64,000 nt of DNA. Origin: a virus. The translations under genes were made by a program, and so were the position numbers. The notes beneath the pieces were generated by a model that was not told where the DNA came from, did no database searches, and saw only the letters and a program-made list of their open reading frames with translations. This document shows, in pieces, positions 17,085 to 25,673 of the stretch; position 1 is the stretch's first letter; every line of letters begins with the position of its first letter. The stretch lies in the IMG/VR virus record IMGVR_UViG_3300050821_003228, positions 33,818 through 97,817 of that record. One strand, given 5' to 3'.

Positions 17085-17363
17085 ATGAAGTGTGGAAACT
17101 GTTATCAAGAACAGCCGTGTAAATGTATTGTGAACACTCCAATTCATGAGCACCAAAAAATTAAATCTAGAACGAATGGACAAGAATATGAAATTATGTT
17201 TGGTCCTCAACCTGGAAATTTAGTTCCGGCTAACCCATTTGCCTCAAAACTTCAAAGTCGATTTGCTCATGCTAATCCTGATAAGTTTGGTGGCAAAAAG
17301 GGATTAGAACATTGGGATAAGGTTACTAACTACTCTAGTTTACCTGAAAAGAAGGAAGGGTAA
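17085..17363 (+). CDS. Hypothetical protein
   Basis: GGAG RBS; Cys-rich N-terminus. Confidence 0.55.
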   Translation: MKCGNCYQEQPCKCIVNTPIHEHQKIKSRTNGQEYEIMFGPQPGNLVPANPFASKLQSRFAHANPDKFGGKKGLEHWDKVTNYSSLPEKKEG

Positions 17364-17367
17364 TTCT

Positions 17368-17817
17368 TTGGCGTTTGACTACATTTGCGAAGGCCCTCCA
17401 ACATTTCCAGTAACAATGAATCCGGCTTTACTATTAGATATAGTAAATAACAATCTCTATGTTTCTTCGCCATACAGCACGAACTGGATTCTAATTGGTA
17501 ATTCGGGCGGAACTAATGATTCTGTCCAGAATGCAAATATATCACAGACAATTAGTTTCCTTGGCGCAACTAATACATTTTTAAAAGCTACTGCTGGAGT
17601 GCCCGGAATTACATTAACTCTGCCCGATTCAGTTGGTAATTCGGGACAAAGAGTAACAGTTATCATGGTTGATACTGGTGCCGGTGGAGTTACGATCAAT
17701 ACAACAAATTCTGAAACTATTAATGGAAATTTATCTTATGAACTTACGAATCAATATCAAGCAGTTACTTTTGAGTCCGATAACGCTAATTGGTTTGTCG
17801 TTGCTACTTCTAACTAG
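17368..17817 (+). CDS. Tail fibre-associated beta-domain protein
   Basis: ITLTLP...GQ.V.V.....VTI....ETING...L..QY..V.F.SD..NW phage fibre domain pattern. Confidence 0.6.
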   Translation: MAFDYICEGPPTFPVTMNPALLLDIVNNNLYVSSPYSTNWILIGNSGGTNDSVQNANISQTISFLGATNTFLKATAGVPGITLTLPDSVGNSGQRVTVIMVDTGAGGVTINTTNSETINGNLSYELTNQYQAVTFESDNANWFVVATSN

Positions 17818-18478
17818 TTGTGCATCGGCCCGAATACCAATAGTTATACCGACTGCTCCCCCATTACAGGTTGCAACGGCTACACGATCTGTTTCTTCGT
17901 TACCAGCAACGTGTAAGGGCGGCAGTCCTTTTATGCCCACTGACATTGTTGTAGTTATATCGGGCGGTAATGGAACGTTAAATTGGTGTAATTCAACGAA
18001 TCATTGGACTTCTGGAACAGGAACCTCGCCGGGCGGTTCTCCTAATCAAATTCAATATAATTTATCAGGAGCATTTGCTGGATTTACAATGACTGGCGAT
18101 TGTACTGCTGTTGTTAGTACGGGCGTAATAACTTGCACAAAAAGTAGTGGCACTCCATTTGGAACGGGCGCGTTCTTAAATAATGTCACCCAAACGATAG
18201 CAAACGGATCGGCTGCACTTGGTACATCAGCGATTTCTTCAGGTTCTTGTGCAAGTCCGGTCACCGTATCAACTTCGGGCGTAGCAACATCTGATGTCAT
18301 ACAAGCAACTTTTAATAGTGATCCAACATCGACTGTAGGATATATTCCGTCAACATCGGGCGGGTTAACGATCTTCGTTTATCCAACCGCAAATAACGTC
18401 AATTTCAAAGTGTGTAATTCAACGACTTCGAGTATAACTCCGGGGGCTGTAACAGTTAATTTTCGTGTAACAAGGTAA
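17738..18478 (+). CDS. Putative exported/lipoprotein fibre-like protein
   Basis: Hydrophobic segment ending LLTSC (lipobox-like); PGG...QIQYN..G.F.G fibre motif. Confidence 0.5.
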   Translation: MNLRINIKQLLLSPITLIGLSLLLLTSCASARIPIVIPTAPPLQVATATRSVSSLPATCKGGSPFMPTDIVVVISGGNGTLNWCNSTNHWTSGTGTSPGGSPNQIQYNLSGAFAGFTMTGDCTAVVSTGVITCTKSSGTPFGTGAFLNNVTQTIANGSAALGTSAISSGSCASPVTVSTSGVATSDVIQATFNSDPTSTVGYIPSTSGGLTIFVYPTANNVNFKVCNSTTSSITPGAVTVNFRVTR

Positions 18479-18480
18479 TA

Positions 18481-21400
18481 ATGAAGAAGTTTTTATTTAT
18501 CATTCTATTATTAGCATTGCCCGCATTTGCTCAAAGTGTAACAAATAACACTTCAGCGTGCGGCCCTGCAAATGGATTTCCAACGGCGGGCTGTAATTTA
18601 ACGACAGGAATGCCGTTTCTTGGTAATCCGGCTAATACGGGTTTAGAAACTGCAACGCCCGATCCATTACCGGTTAACACTTCAACCTTGAGTGTTCATA
18701 ATTATCTTTATGCCGGATCGACAACAAGACATATCGGTGAATATCAGCCGTGGTTCTGTAATACATCAAATCCATGTAACGGGCACAAAGTCAATGGAAT
18801 GGAAGAGTCTAATGCGGCCCAAGTTCTAGTTCAGGCGCAATGGATGTTCACTGTCGGAATGGATGCAACAGTAGTAGATTGGTATGGTTGTTCTGATTAT
18901 TGCTCTACTCCACAAAGTTCTGCTCAACATTATAATAATTCGGTTACCCTTGCTTTAGCTTCAGCTATTAATAGTAATCCTTCGACAACGCCGAAGTTCA
19001 TGATCATGCTCGACATTGGAGCAATTGATGGTTCTGGTACAGGACAATGTGCTCCTGCTGGTGGGGATCAATCAGCGTGTGTAATTGCCGCGATTAATCT
19101 TCAAATGGACTATGTAGCAGCAACTTGGCTAGGCCATAGTTATTATGAGACAGATCGTAACGGTCGGCCAATGGTTCTTATATTTGGTATTAATACGGGA
19201 CCGTATCCGGGCACTAATTTTACTACAGTTTGGAATGCAGTTTCAGCACATGTAACTTCTGGTAATTCATGCGGTACAGGATGTACTTATCCAGCAACAA
19301 TAGATTTTATAGATGAGAACGCTGGCGCATTTAGCGAATCAGGTATTGCGGGCGGATATGCTTGGCCTCAACCGAATTCTTGGAGTAGTACTAATCAATT
19401 TTGTTATCTAGGCAACCCTTGCTCATTCAATTATATTGCTGATTTCTATTCACACGCCCGCTCCAACCCAAGTAAGATTGCAATCGGTGTAGGGTATAAA
19501 GGGTTTGATGATTTCAATGCAAGTTGGGGATCAAATCGTGTTATAGCGCAGGAATGCGGCCAATTGCCCGGACTATTAGGAACTGCTGTATCAACGGCGG
19601 GCTATAGTTCTTCTAGTCAGTTAGATTATTTTCAATGGGCAACATTGAATGATTATGAAGAAGGAACTGAAGTAGAATCGGGCATTGACAATTGTATGAC
19701 TGTAAGTACTCCTGTAATTTCTGGTAGTACGATGTCATGGTCATTATTGAACACTGATGCTACTTATGCCAGCACGAATACTATCAATAGTTTCAGTATT
19801 TATACGGGGACGGGTTCACCAACAACATTATTTGCTTCAGGCATTTCTGCGACCTCGACTAGCCATGCTGCACCCACTTTGACGGCAGGGCAATCTGCGT
19901 GGGTGTACATGGTTGGTCAACCGCTGATTCATAATCAATTATCTGGCCCGAGTGTGAATAATAATCCGGCAGGATATGTTGCTTATACGGGAACAGATAT
20001 TGTTATACCTTCGACAACTCCTCCAAATTTAGGTACATACACGAAGAATAATGCGATTGTTTATGACAATTCTTATGTATCTCATGGATTTAGTTCAGCT
20101 AATTTAAGTCCGCACGCCCGCTGTACGGATCAAAACTTTACGCCTACAAACGGATTGAAGGGGTTTTCAGCGGGACAGGGCGGCGGCGGTGGAGCTATAA
20201 TGTGGAATGCCGGATCACCACCGACATTAATTCACGTTGTAACTAATGGCGGCGGTTCTGCTATTTCACTATTTAATGCAACAACGATGTCTTGTCTTGG
20301 GGCGATTACTGCGGATAAGAATTTATCTCATCCCGGCTCATCTTCTAATATAGCTTCTTTTGGAGACGGACAATTTGATCGTCAAAATTCTAGCAAATGG
20401 TGGGCATTTGGTGTAGTAGGCAATGATATTTTAAGCAATACTTTTGTAACACCACTTACAATTAATACTACTACTGGAACATTTACTGAGGGGGCGACAG
20501 CCGTTGATTTTAAATCAGGGCTACCGCTAGGAACTAATGCTCCTGAATGGTTACCGAATCATGCGTATATTAAGGGCGCTTATGTTTCGCATACAATGGT
20601 ACCGGGTGAATTTTTTACTTATCAATCTAACTATAGCGGATTTCATCTTGGAGATATTATTTGGCCCCTTTATCCTTCTGGATGTGGATTTACTTTAAGG
20701 GTTGCAGGAACAACGGGAGCAACTCCCCCTAATTGGTCAACTTCGGCCAATTGTGGAGTTAATCCTACAGTTGTTAAAGATGGAACTGCAACATGGCATA
20801 GTTTAGTAGGTCCAGCAAAATTTGTATTTCAATTGATCAGTTCTAGTGGTACTTCAGGCAGTCCTACACCAGCATTTGTTCCTGTAGCTACAAAACACCC
20901 TGATGTATTAAGCCAAGTATCAGATAATGGCTTGACTTGGGAAAATGTAGGTGTTAACTCGTCTAATCCAATATGGGGAAGCTTAACTAGTGTTTCATTT
21001 GATGGAACAAAATTTGCAAAAGGGTGGAGTACAAATATTTATGGAGCCGATCCTAGTTCACTCGGCGGCGCGTTTAATCTTTGTGTGTACTCAGGTTGTG
21101 GTGGAGGTCAAGGTACAGGGTTTTATATTGTAACTTACGATTCTGTTGCTAATGTATATCACTTATTGAATACTGTAACAGCAATGCAAACAGATATAAC
21201 ATGTAGTGGCGGAATAGGTTATAATTGTGCCGGTGGAACGCAAGTATTTACAACTGCCGGAACTGCAACCGGAATTGCGTGTCCGTTCTTTATTCATGAT
21301 AATTCTGGTTATGCTAATTCTAATCCAATTCAAATGCAACCACAGGCTGGATATATCGGCGTTGGATGCCCGTCTGGTATAAACAATTTATTATGGTCAC

Positions 21401-22350
21401 CATATCAACCGTTTAATGCGACAACACAAGTACAAGTGTTTCGTACACCGCTGAACCATCCGGCCAGCGGGGTTAGTCATGTTTCATTTACTGGACAAAA
21501 TGCTAGTAATTATGGGTTTGAAACGGGCGCATATGCGGTAGAATATCCTATTAATGATATCGCTGATGTTCCACCTATTACATGGCAAGCCGTTCCGTGT
21601 GACACTATAGTTCCTTCGGTTTGGTTTCCGGGCGATCCTAATCAGCCATGTTTCTTACAATGGGATAACCATCTTTCTTGGGCGTATAACCCCAATCAAG
21701 ATGATACTACCCCCGTTTGTGGAACTTATTTTGGTAACGTTGTAGCAAACGCCGGTCAAGTTCCTGTAGCAGCCTATGAAGGTGAAGTTGTTTGTTATTC
21801 AACTGTTCCATCATGGACTGATACATCAACTCCAAATTCAGGACAAACACAGTGGAGATTCGGGCATACATTTAATTTTCAGGCTAATGTAAATTTTAAC
21901 ATCTGGTTTAACATCGGTCAATGGTCGTTAGATGGCCTTTATTTCGCATACGGCACAGATTGGTACGGGCAATTTGGATCAACTACAGGTGTAGCCCCTG
22001 TATTGCCGATACCTAACGCTTCAGTTCTATGCCTTGGTGGATTTCCTTGGCAAGCAAGCCATACTTATACTTTAGGGTCAGTCATTAATCCGGTGGCTAA
22101 TTTAAGTGGGGGCGGCTCACCATATGATGTGTTTCAAGCGATTGCTGTAACCGGGCCGAGTGGCAGCACTGCTCCGGCTTGGGGAACTGCATCAATTGGT
22201 TCAAATTTGACTGATAATGGAATTATATGGCAAAATGTTGGTGTAGGCAATTGTCGTGGGGATGTTGTCATCGTTAAAATGACTCCATTTTCAACCCCAC
22301 CACCATCAGGAACATTAACAAATATTTCGCCAATTATAATAACATTTTAG
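18481..22350 (+). CDS. Secreted glycoside hydrolase-like protein (GH71/GH99-like barrel) with carbohydrate-binding-like repeats
   Basis: Signal peptide MKKFLFIILLLALPAFAQ; VVDWYG, GFDD..ASW and ATLNDYEEGTEVE motifs; W.A...Y..G...DNG..W repeats. Confidence 0.65.
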   Translation: MKKFLFIILLLALPAFAQSVTNNTSACGPANGFPTAGCNLTTGMPFLGNPANTGLETATPDPLPVNTSTLSVHNYLYAGSTTRHIGEYQPWFCNTSNPCNGHKVNGMEESNAAQVLVQAQWMFTVGMDATVVDWYGCSDYCSTPQSSAQHYNNSVTLALASAINSNPSTTPKFMIMLDIGAIDGSGTGQCAPAGGDQSACVIAAINLQMDYVAATWLGHSYYETDRNGRPMVLIFGINTGPYPGTNFTTVWNAVSAHVTSGNSCGTGCTYPATIDFIDENAGAFSESGIAGGYAWPQPNSWSSTNQFCYLGNPCSFNYIADFYSHARSNPSKIAIGVGYKGFDDFNASWGSNRVIAQECGQLPGLLGTAVSTAGYSSSSQLDYFQWATLNDYEEGTEVESGIDNCMTVSTPVISGSTMSWSLLNTDATYASTNTINSFSIYTGTGSPTTLFASGISATSTSHAAPTLTAGQSAWVYMVGQPLIHNQLSGPSVNNNPAGYVAYTGTDIVIPSTTPPNLGTYTKNNAIVYDNSYVSHGFSSANLSPHARCTDQNFTPTNGLKGFSAGQGGGGGAIMWNAGSPPTLIHVVTNGGGSAISLFNATTMSCLGAITADKNLSHPGSSSNIASFGDGQFDRQNSSKWWAFGVVGNDILSNTFVTPLTINTTTGTFTEGATAVDFKSGLPLGTNAPEWLPNHAYIKGAYVSHTMVPGEFFTYQSNYSGFHLGDIIWPLYPSGCGFTLRVAGTTGATPPNWSTSANCGVNPTVVKDGTATWHSLVGPAKFVFQLISSSGTSGSPTPAFVPVATKHPDVLSQVSDNGLTWENVGVNSSNPIWGSLTSVSFDGTKFAKGWSTNIYGADPSSLGGAFNLCVYSGCGGGQGTGFYIVTYDSVANVYHLLNTVTAMQTDITCSGGIGYNCAGGTQVFTTAGTATGIACPFFIHDNSGYANSNPIQMQPQAGYIGVGCPSGINNLLWSPYQPFNATTQVQVFRTPLNHPASGVSHVSFTGQNASNYGFETGAYAVEYPINDIADVPPITWQAVPCDTIVPSVWFPGDPNQPCFLQWDNHLSWAYNPNQDDTTPVCGTYFGNVVANAGQVPVAAYEGEVVCYSTVPSWTDTSTPNSGQTQWRFGHTFNFQANVNFNIWFNIGQWSLDGLYFAYGTDWYGQFGSTTGVAPVLPIPNASVLCLGGFPWQASHTYTLGSVINPVANLSGGGSPYDVFQAIAVTGPSGSTAPAWGTASIGSNLTDNGIIWQNVGVGNCRGDVVIVKMTPFSTPPPSGTLTNISPIIITF

Positions 22351-22352
22351 AC

Positions 22353-22381
22353 TTGACAATCGCCCGAATTTCTGATATATT
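22353..22381 (+). promoter_or_regulatory. Sigma70-type promoter
   Basis: TTGACA-17 nt-TATATT, with CGCCCGA in the spacer. Confidence 0.65.
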
Positions 22382-22396
22382 CATAATAGGAGAAAA

Positions 22397-22804
22397 ATGA
22401 AATTTAAACAAGTATTAATGGCTTTAATATTGTGCCCGCTATTGACAGTTGGTGTAATAAGTACAACGGGGTGTATGAATCGTCCCGCTGCTCCGGTGCC
22501 CGGATCGTTAAATCAGTTCGATTCTGATACGTACCTCGCGCTAATAACGGCGAAAGGTGTGATTGATCAGACTAAAACTGATTTAATAAATGATATATTT
22601 CCGCCTAATCAGGTTGCAATTGTGAAAAAGTCGGTCAACGATCTTATAACGTATTATAATGTATCAGATACAGCATACACGGCTTATCATGCGGCTTCAT
22701 TAGCAGGAACGGCCACACTTGAGCAACAACAGGCTGTACAAGCGACTGTCGATAATTTGAATAAAGCGGTCGTAGCAGTCAGTACTGCAAAGGCAGGAAA
22801 TTAA
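22397..22804 (+). CDS. Putative lipoprotein
   Basis: Basic N-terminus, hydrophobic stretch, TTGC lipobox-like motif, helical body. Confidence 0.6.
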   Translation: MKFKQVLMALILCPLLTVGVISTTGCMNRPAAPVPGSLNQFDSDTYLALITAKGVIDQTKTDLINDIFPPNQVAIVKKSVNDLITYYNVSDTAYTAYHAASLAGTATLEQQQAVQATVDNLNKAVVAVSTAKAGN

Positions 22805-23007
22805 TGGCAAACTTATCGTTAACAAGTATATTGCAGATCATACAAATTGCACTGACAGCGCTACAAGCAATTCCGGCAACCGGTGCAGTTGATCGTGAAG
22901 TGAGTGCATTAGTCGGGCTATTACAAGCAGGATTGAATGCTTATCATCAAGCTTCTGGTTCGCCACTTGATCTAACTCGAATACCTTTAGAAACGCCGAT
23001 ACCGTAA
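22804..23007 (+). CDS. Hypothetical protein
   Basis: TAATG coupling with the upstream gene. Confidence 0.6.
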   Translation: MANLSLTSILQIIQIALTALQAIPATGAVDREVSALVGLLQAGLNAYHQASGSPLDLTRIPLETPIP

Positions 23008-23036
23008 TTGACAAGTCGGGCGGTTTGTAGTATATT
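23008..23036 (+). promoter_or_regulatory. Sigma70-type promoter upstream of tRNA array 2
   Basis: TTGACA-17 nt-TATATT, with TCGGGCG in the spacer. Confidence 0.65.
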
Positions 23037-23208
23037 AATAATATGTCACATAGAGAATATGGAACTACAAACGGAAAACATTTGAAAATTCATCCAAAGC
23101 AGTTTATATCCGTAATCCGTCACATCCACGAATTCTGGCCTAAAGGCTGTCTTTGTGTAGCGTGTAAAGCAGTTGACAACCGTGAGGATATTGTGGTAAG
23201 ATAGCATT

Positions 23209-23433
23209 ATGATGACTCGCGGCAAGTTTCAATGTTATAGTGATAAGAGAGTTTACTGGAATAAGGACGTTCATGTCTACACGTTTCAGGCAGTTTGTAA
23301 TGATGGAACACCTGAAAACGAGCGGTTTCATAAGTATACGCCATCAGGATCAATTGAAATAACAGTTGATAATCCTAATGTCGTTCTTGAACCGGGCAAG
23401 TTTTATTATGTAGATTTTACTGAAGTAAGTTAA
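23209..23433 (+). CDS. Conserved phage hypothetical protein
   Basis: R.KF.C...F.AV....EN..F.KYTPSG.I...VDNP.....GK.YYVDF pattern. Confidence 0.7.
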   Translation: MMTRGKFQCYSDKRVYWNKDVHVYTFQAVCNDGTPENERFHKYTPSGSIEITVDNPNVVLEPGKFYYVDFTEVS

Positions 23434-23437
23434 AGTT

Positions 23438-23513
23438 GGGCTTATAGCTCATTCAGGAGAGCGCCTGTCTTGCAAACAGGAGGCGACCGGGGCGGAACCG
23501 GTTAAGTCCACCA
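23438..23513 (+). tRNA. tRNA-Ala(TGC)
   Basis: G3:U70 pair; CCTGT-ctTGCaa-ACAGG; ACCA. Confidence 0.9.
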
Positions 23514-23518
23514 TTTTT

Positions 23519-23593
23519 GAGGCTAGGGTATGACTGGCGGTGCCACAGGTTTCCACCCTGTAGAGTCCGATTCGATTTCGGATAGCCTCTCCA
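23519..23593 (+). tRNA. tRNA-Gly(TCC)
   Basis: GAGGCTA/TAGCCTC acceptor; ACAGG-ttTCCac-CCTGT; TCCA. Confidence 0.8.
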
Positions 23594-23597
23594 TTTT

Positions 23598-23672
23598 GGG
23601 CGCGCACCTTCTGGTGAAGGCTCAAGTTTGTGAAGCTTGTAGAAATACATTCGATTTGTAGCGTGCCCTCCA
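23598..23672 (+). tRNA. tRNA-His(GTG), atypical
   Basis: GGGCGCG/CGTGCCC acceptor; CAAGT-ttGTGaa-GCTTG; TCCA; no encoded G-1:C73. Confidence 0.7.
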
Positions 23673-23677
23673 TTTTT

Positions 23678-23753
23678 GGATATGTCGTATAAAGATAAAT
23701 ACTCTGTTTTCGTAAAACAGCTAATGTCGGCTCAATCCCGGCCATATCCTCCA
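23678..23753 (+). tRNA. tRNA-Thr(CGT)
   Basis: GGATATG/CATATCC acceptor; CTGTT-ttCGTaa-AACAG; TCCA. Confidence 0.8.
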
Positions 23754-23828
23754 GTAGATATAATATAATGGCTATTATAATTTCTTGGTAAGAAATTTAT
23801 ATGCGTTCGATTCGCATTATCGGCTCCA
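23754..23828 (+). tRNA. tRNA-Thr(GGT)
   Basis: ATTTC-ttGGTaa-GAAAT; TTCGA T-loop; one acceptor mismatch; TCCA. Confidence 0.75.
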
Positions 23829-23829
23829 T

Positions 23830-23903
23830 GCACTTGTAGCATAATGAAATGCCCCATACTTGTAATATGGCTTATGTCGGCCCATTGCCGATCAAGTGCT
23901 CCA
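23830..23903 (+). tRNA. tRNA-Thr(TGT) with divergent T-loop
   Basis: GCACTTG/CAAGTGC acceptor; CCATA-ctTGTaa-TATGG; T-loop CCCATTG; TCCA. Confidence 0.75.
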
Positions 23904-23911
23904 TTTTTATT

Positions 23912-23986
23912 GCGGGAATAGCTCAGAGGCAGAGCACAACATTGCCAATGTTGAGGTCGCGGTTTCAACATCCGTTTCCCGCTCCA
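23912..23986 (+). tRNA. tRNA-Gly(GCC)
   Basis: GCGGGAA/TTCCCGC acceptor; CAACA-ttGCCaa-TGTTG; TCCA. Confidence 0.9.
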
Positions 23987-23987
23987 T

Positions 23988-24064
23988 ATGCCGTTGGCGA
24001 AGAGGTCAAACGCGGAAAGCTACAACCTTTCTAATCAGGGGTTCGACTCCCTTACGGCATTCCA
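23988..24064 (+). tRNA. tRNA-Cys(ACA), rare A34 anticodon
   Basis: ATGCCGT/ACGGCAT acceptor; GAAAG-ctACAac-CTTTC; TTCGA T-loop; U73 discriminator plus CCA. Confidence 0.8.
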
Positions 24065-24151
24065 TTTTTATGTTTGAATTTATATTAATGATTTTAGCTA
24101 ATTTGGCCCATAGAATCGGGCCGGAATATCCTAATTATAAACAAGATTAAT

Positions 24152-24225
24152 AGGTGATTGATGTAATGGAAGCATGACAGTCTCCAAAACTGTTCGTAAG
24201 GGTTCAAGTCCTTTATCATCTGCCA
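24152..24225 (+). tRNA. tRNA-Trp(CCA)
   Basis: ACAGT-ctCCAaa-ACTGT; GCCA. Confidence 0.9.
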
Positions 24226-24228
24226 TTT

Positions 24229-24369
24229 ATGGGCAAAGCTAATAAAATGCCTTATGTACCGACAGAATGGGCTAAACATCTTCGCCCGTTTCTGAAACGG
24301 CTGTTCTGGAAGAAAGTTCGCCGTAAAACGAAAGAATTGACAAATCGAGTAAAGGATGATATAAGTTAA
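24229..24369 (+). CDS. Small basic protein (46 aa), below the ORF-track cutoff
   Basis: MGKANKMPYVPTEWAKHLRPFLKRLFWKKVRRKTKELTNRVKDDIS fills the gap between tRNA-Trp and the HNH gene. Confidence 0.45.
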   Translation: MGKANKMPYVPTEWAKHLRPFLKRLFWKKVRRKTKELTNRVKDDIS

Positions 24370-24371
24370 AT

Positions 24372-24878
24372 ATGCAAGACTGTTTAGTGGTGGATTCAAC
24401 ACATCGGCCCATCGCTTACTGCTCTTGGATGGAAGCGGTCAAACTTTATTATGAAGGTGTAGCGGACATTATTAAAGAGGATGCTGAGAAAGAAATACAC
24501 TCGCCCTCTGTAACAATGAAGGTTCCAAGAGTTATAGCAATTAGGAATTACGTCTCGAAGAGATTCGGGCGCGATACTATAACACTTACAAGACGTAATA
24601 TTGCTATCCGTGATGAACGAAAATGTCAGTACTGCGGGCTGGAATTAAGTAATGATGAACAAACGCTTGATCACGTTATTCCCCGTTCTCGCGGCGGCAA
24701 GAGTTCATGGGATAACCTTATATTATGTTGCAAGCCATGTAACCGCTTAAAGGCAGATTTAACTGTTGAAGAAGCAGGAATGAAATTGTTAAGCATTCCA
24801 AAGAAACCCAAACCGGGAGTGCAGTACCGAGGAATCGGGCACGTTAGACCGGAATGGGCCGATTACGAGAGGAATTAG
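24372..24878 (+). CDS. HNH endonuclease (McrA/HNH_5-like)
   Basis: RRNI..RD...CQYCG.....TLDHVIPRSRGG...WDNL..CC..CN..K. Confidence 0.9.
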   Translation: MQDCLVVDSTHRPIAYCSWMEAVKLYYEGVADIIKEDAEKEIHSPSVTMKVPRVIAIRNYVSKRFGRDTITLTRRNIAIRDERKCQYCGLELSNDEQTLDHVIPRSRGGKSSWDNLILCCKPCNRLKADLTVEEAGMKLLSIPKKPKPGVQYRGIGHVRPEWADYERN

Positions 24879-24952
24879 GCTGTTTAGCTCAAAGATGGAG
24901 CAAGCGTCTCATTAACGCAAGGCTATTGGTTTAAATCCAATAACAGCCACCA
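24878..24952 (+). tRNA. tRNA-CAT (Met or Ile2)
   Basis: GGCTGTT/AACAGCC acceptor; GCGT-ctCATta-ACGC; ACCA. Confidence 0.8.
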
Positions 24953-25124
24953 AGTCGGGCCGGGGAGAGAGGTTAAATGGGAACTATGCCTATTCTCACA
25001 AGTGATTCCCACAACGGTCCATCAATTTTTGAGTAGCCCACATTGCTGAGGCAAGGCCAGCCCAAAGATAAACGGAAGAGAAAGCACCACAGCCTAGCGC
25101 CGTTTCTCAAAAACCAATTTTTAT

Positions 25125-25201
25125 GGCGAGTTAGTAGCGTAGGACAATACGAGAGGCTCATAACCTCTAAACGGTGCGTGCAAATCCACCACTCGCAACC
25201 A
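25125..25201 (+). tRNA. tRNA-CAT, initiator-like (1:72 mismatch)
   Basis: GGCGAGT/ACTCGCA acceptor; AGAGG-ctCATaa-CCTCT; ACCA. Confidence 0.7.
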
Positions 25202-25258
25202 ATTTAGTTGTACAATAGTTACTAGGGAGAGAAACAGCTTCCTAGTAACAGCGCGTTT

Positions 25259-25336
25259 GTGGAATTAGTTTAAATGGCTTAGAACCCTTGACTTTCAATC
25301 AGGAAGATGCGAGTTCGACTCTCGTATTCCACACCA
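25259..25336 (+). tRNA. tRNA-Glu(TTC)
   Basis: GTGGAAT/ATTCCAC acceptor; CTTGA-ctTTCaa-TCAGG; ACCA. Confidence 0.85.
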
Positions 25337-25344
25337 AAATTTAT

Positions 25345-25434
25345 GGATAACGGGCAGGACGGGTAATGCAATGTCCTGCTAAGTCATGATAACCGAAAGG
25401 TTATAACCGAGTTCGACTCTCGGGTTATCCGCCA
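25345..25434 (+). tRNA. tRNA-Ser(GCT)
   Basis: Long variable arm ATAACC-GAAA-GGTTAT; ctGCTaa loop; GCCA. Confidence 0.9.
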
Positions 25435-25435
25435 C

Positions 25436-25528
25436 GGAAGGTACCGCTGAGAGGTCAGCAATTGGCTTTGAACACCAAGGAAACCGTATGCACTACGGTT
25501 TAGCGTTCGACTCGTTTATCTTCCGCCA
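25436..25528 (+). tRNA. tRNA-Ser(TGA)
   Basis: Long variable arm; ttTGAac loop; GCCA. Confidence 0.85.
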
Positions 25529-25529
25529 C

Positions 25530-25603
25530 GAAGCTGTCATCTAATGATAGGATAGAACTTTCTCAAGGTTTTAATACGGGTTTGACTCCCGTCAGCTTCA
25601 CCA
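25530..25603 (+). tRNA. tRNA-Glu(CTC)
   Basis: GAAGCTG/CAGCTTC acceptor; ttCTCaa loop; ACCA. Confidence 0.8.
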
Positions 25604-25634
25604 AATTTAATGGGATCATTGATCCCGCCAAATC

Positions 25635-25660
25635 AGACTCACTTCGGTGGGTCTTTTTTA
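25635..25660 (+). terminator. Rho-independent terminator ending array 2
   Basis: AGACTCAC-TTCG-GTGGGTCT followed by a T-run. Confidence 0.85.
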
Positions 25661-25673
25661 TTTTAAGGAACTA

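Noticed and set aside
23449-24402. ORF-track ORFs overlapping tRNA array 2 (also 12799-12990, 16556-16816 and 24973-25161)
   Set aside because: They overlie well-formed tRNAs or structured RNAs and have no protein-like features.
11368-25603. Stop-codon reassignment or suppressor tRNAs
   Set aside because: No CTA, TTA or TCA anticodons were found, and ORFs are long and densely packed under the standard code with all three stops in use.
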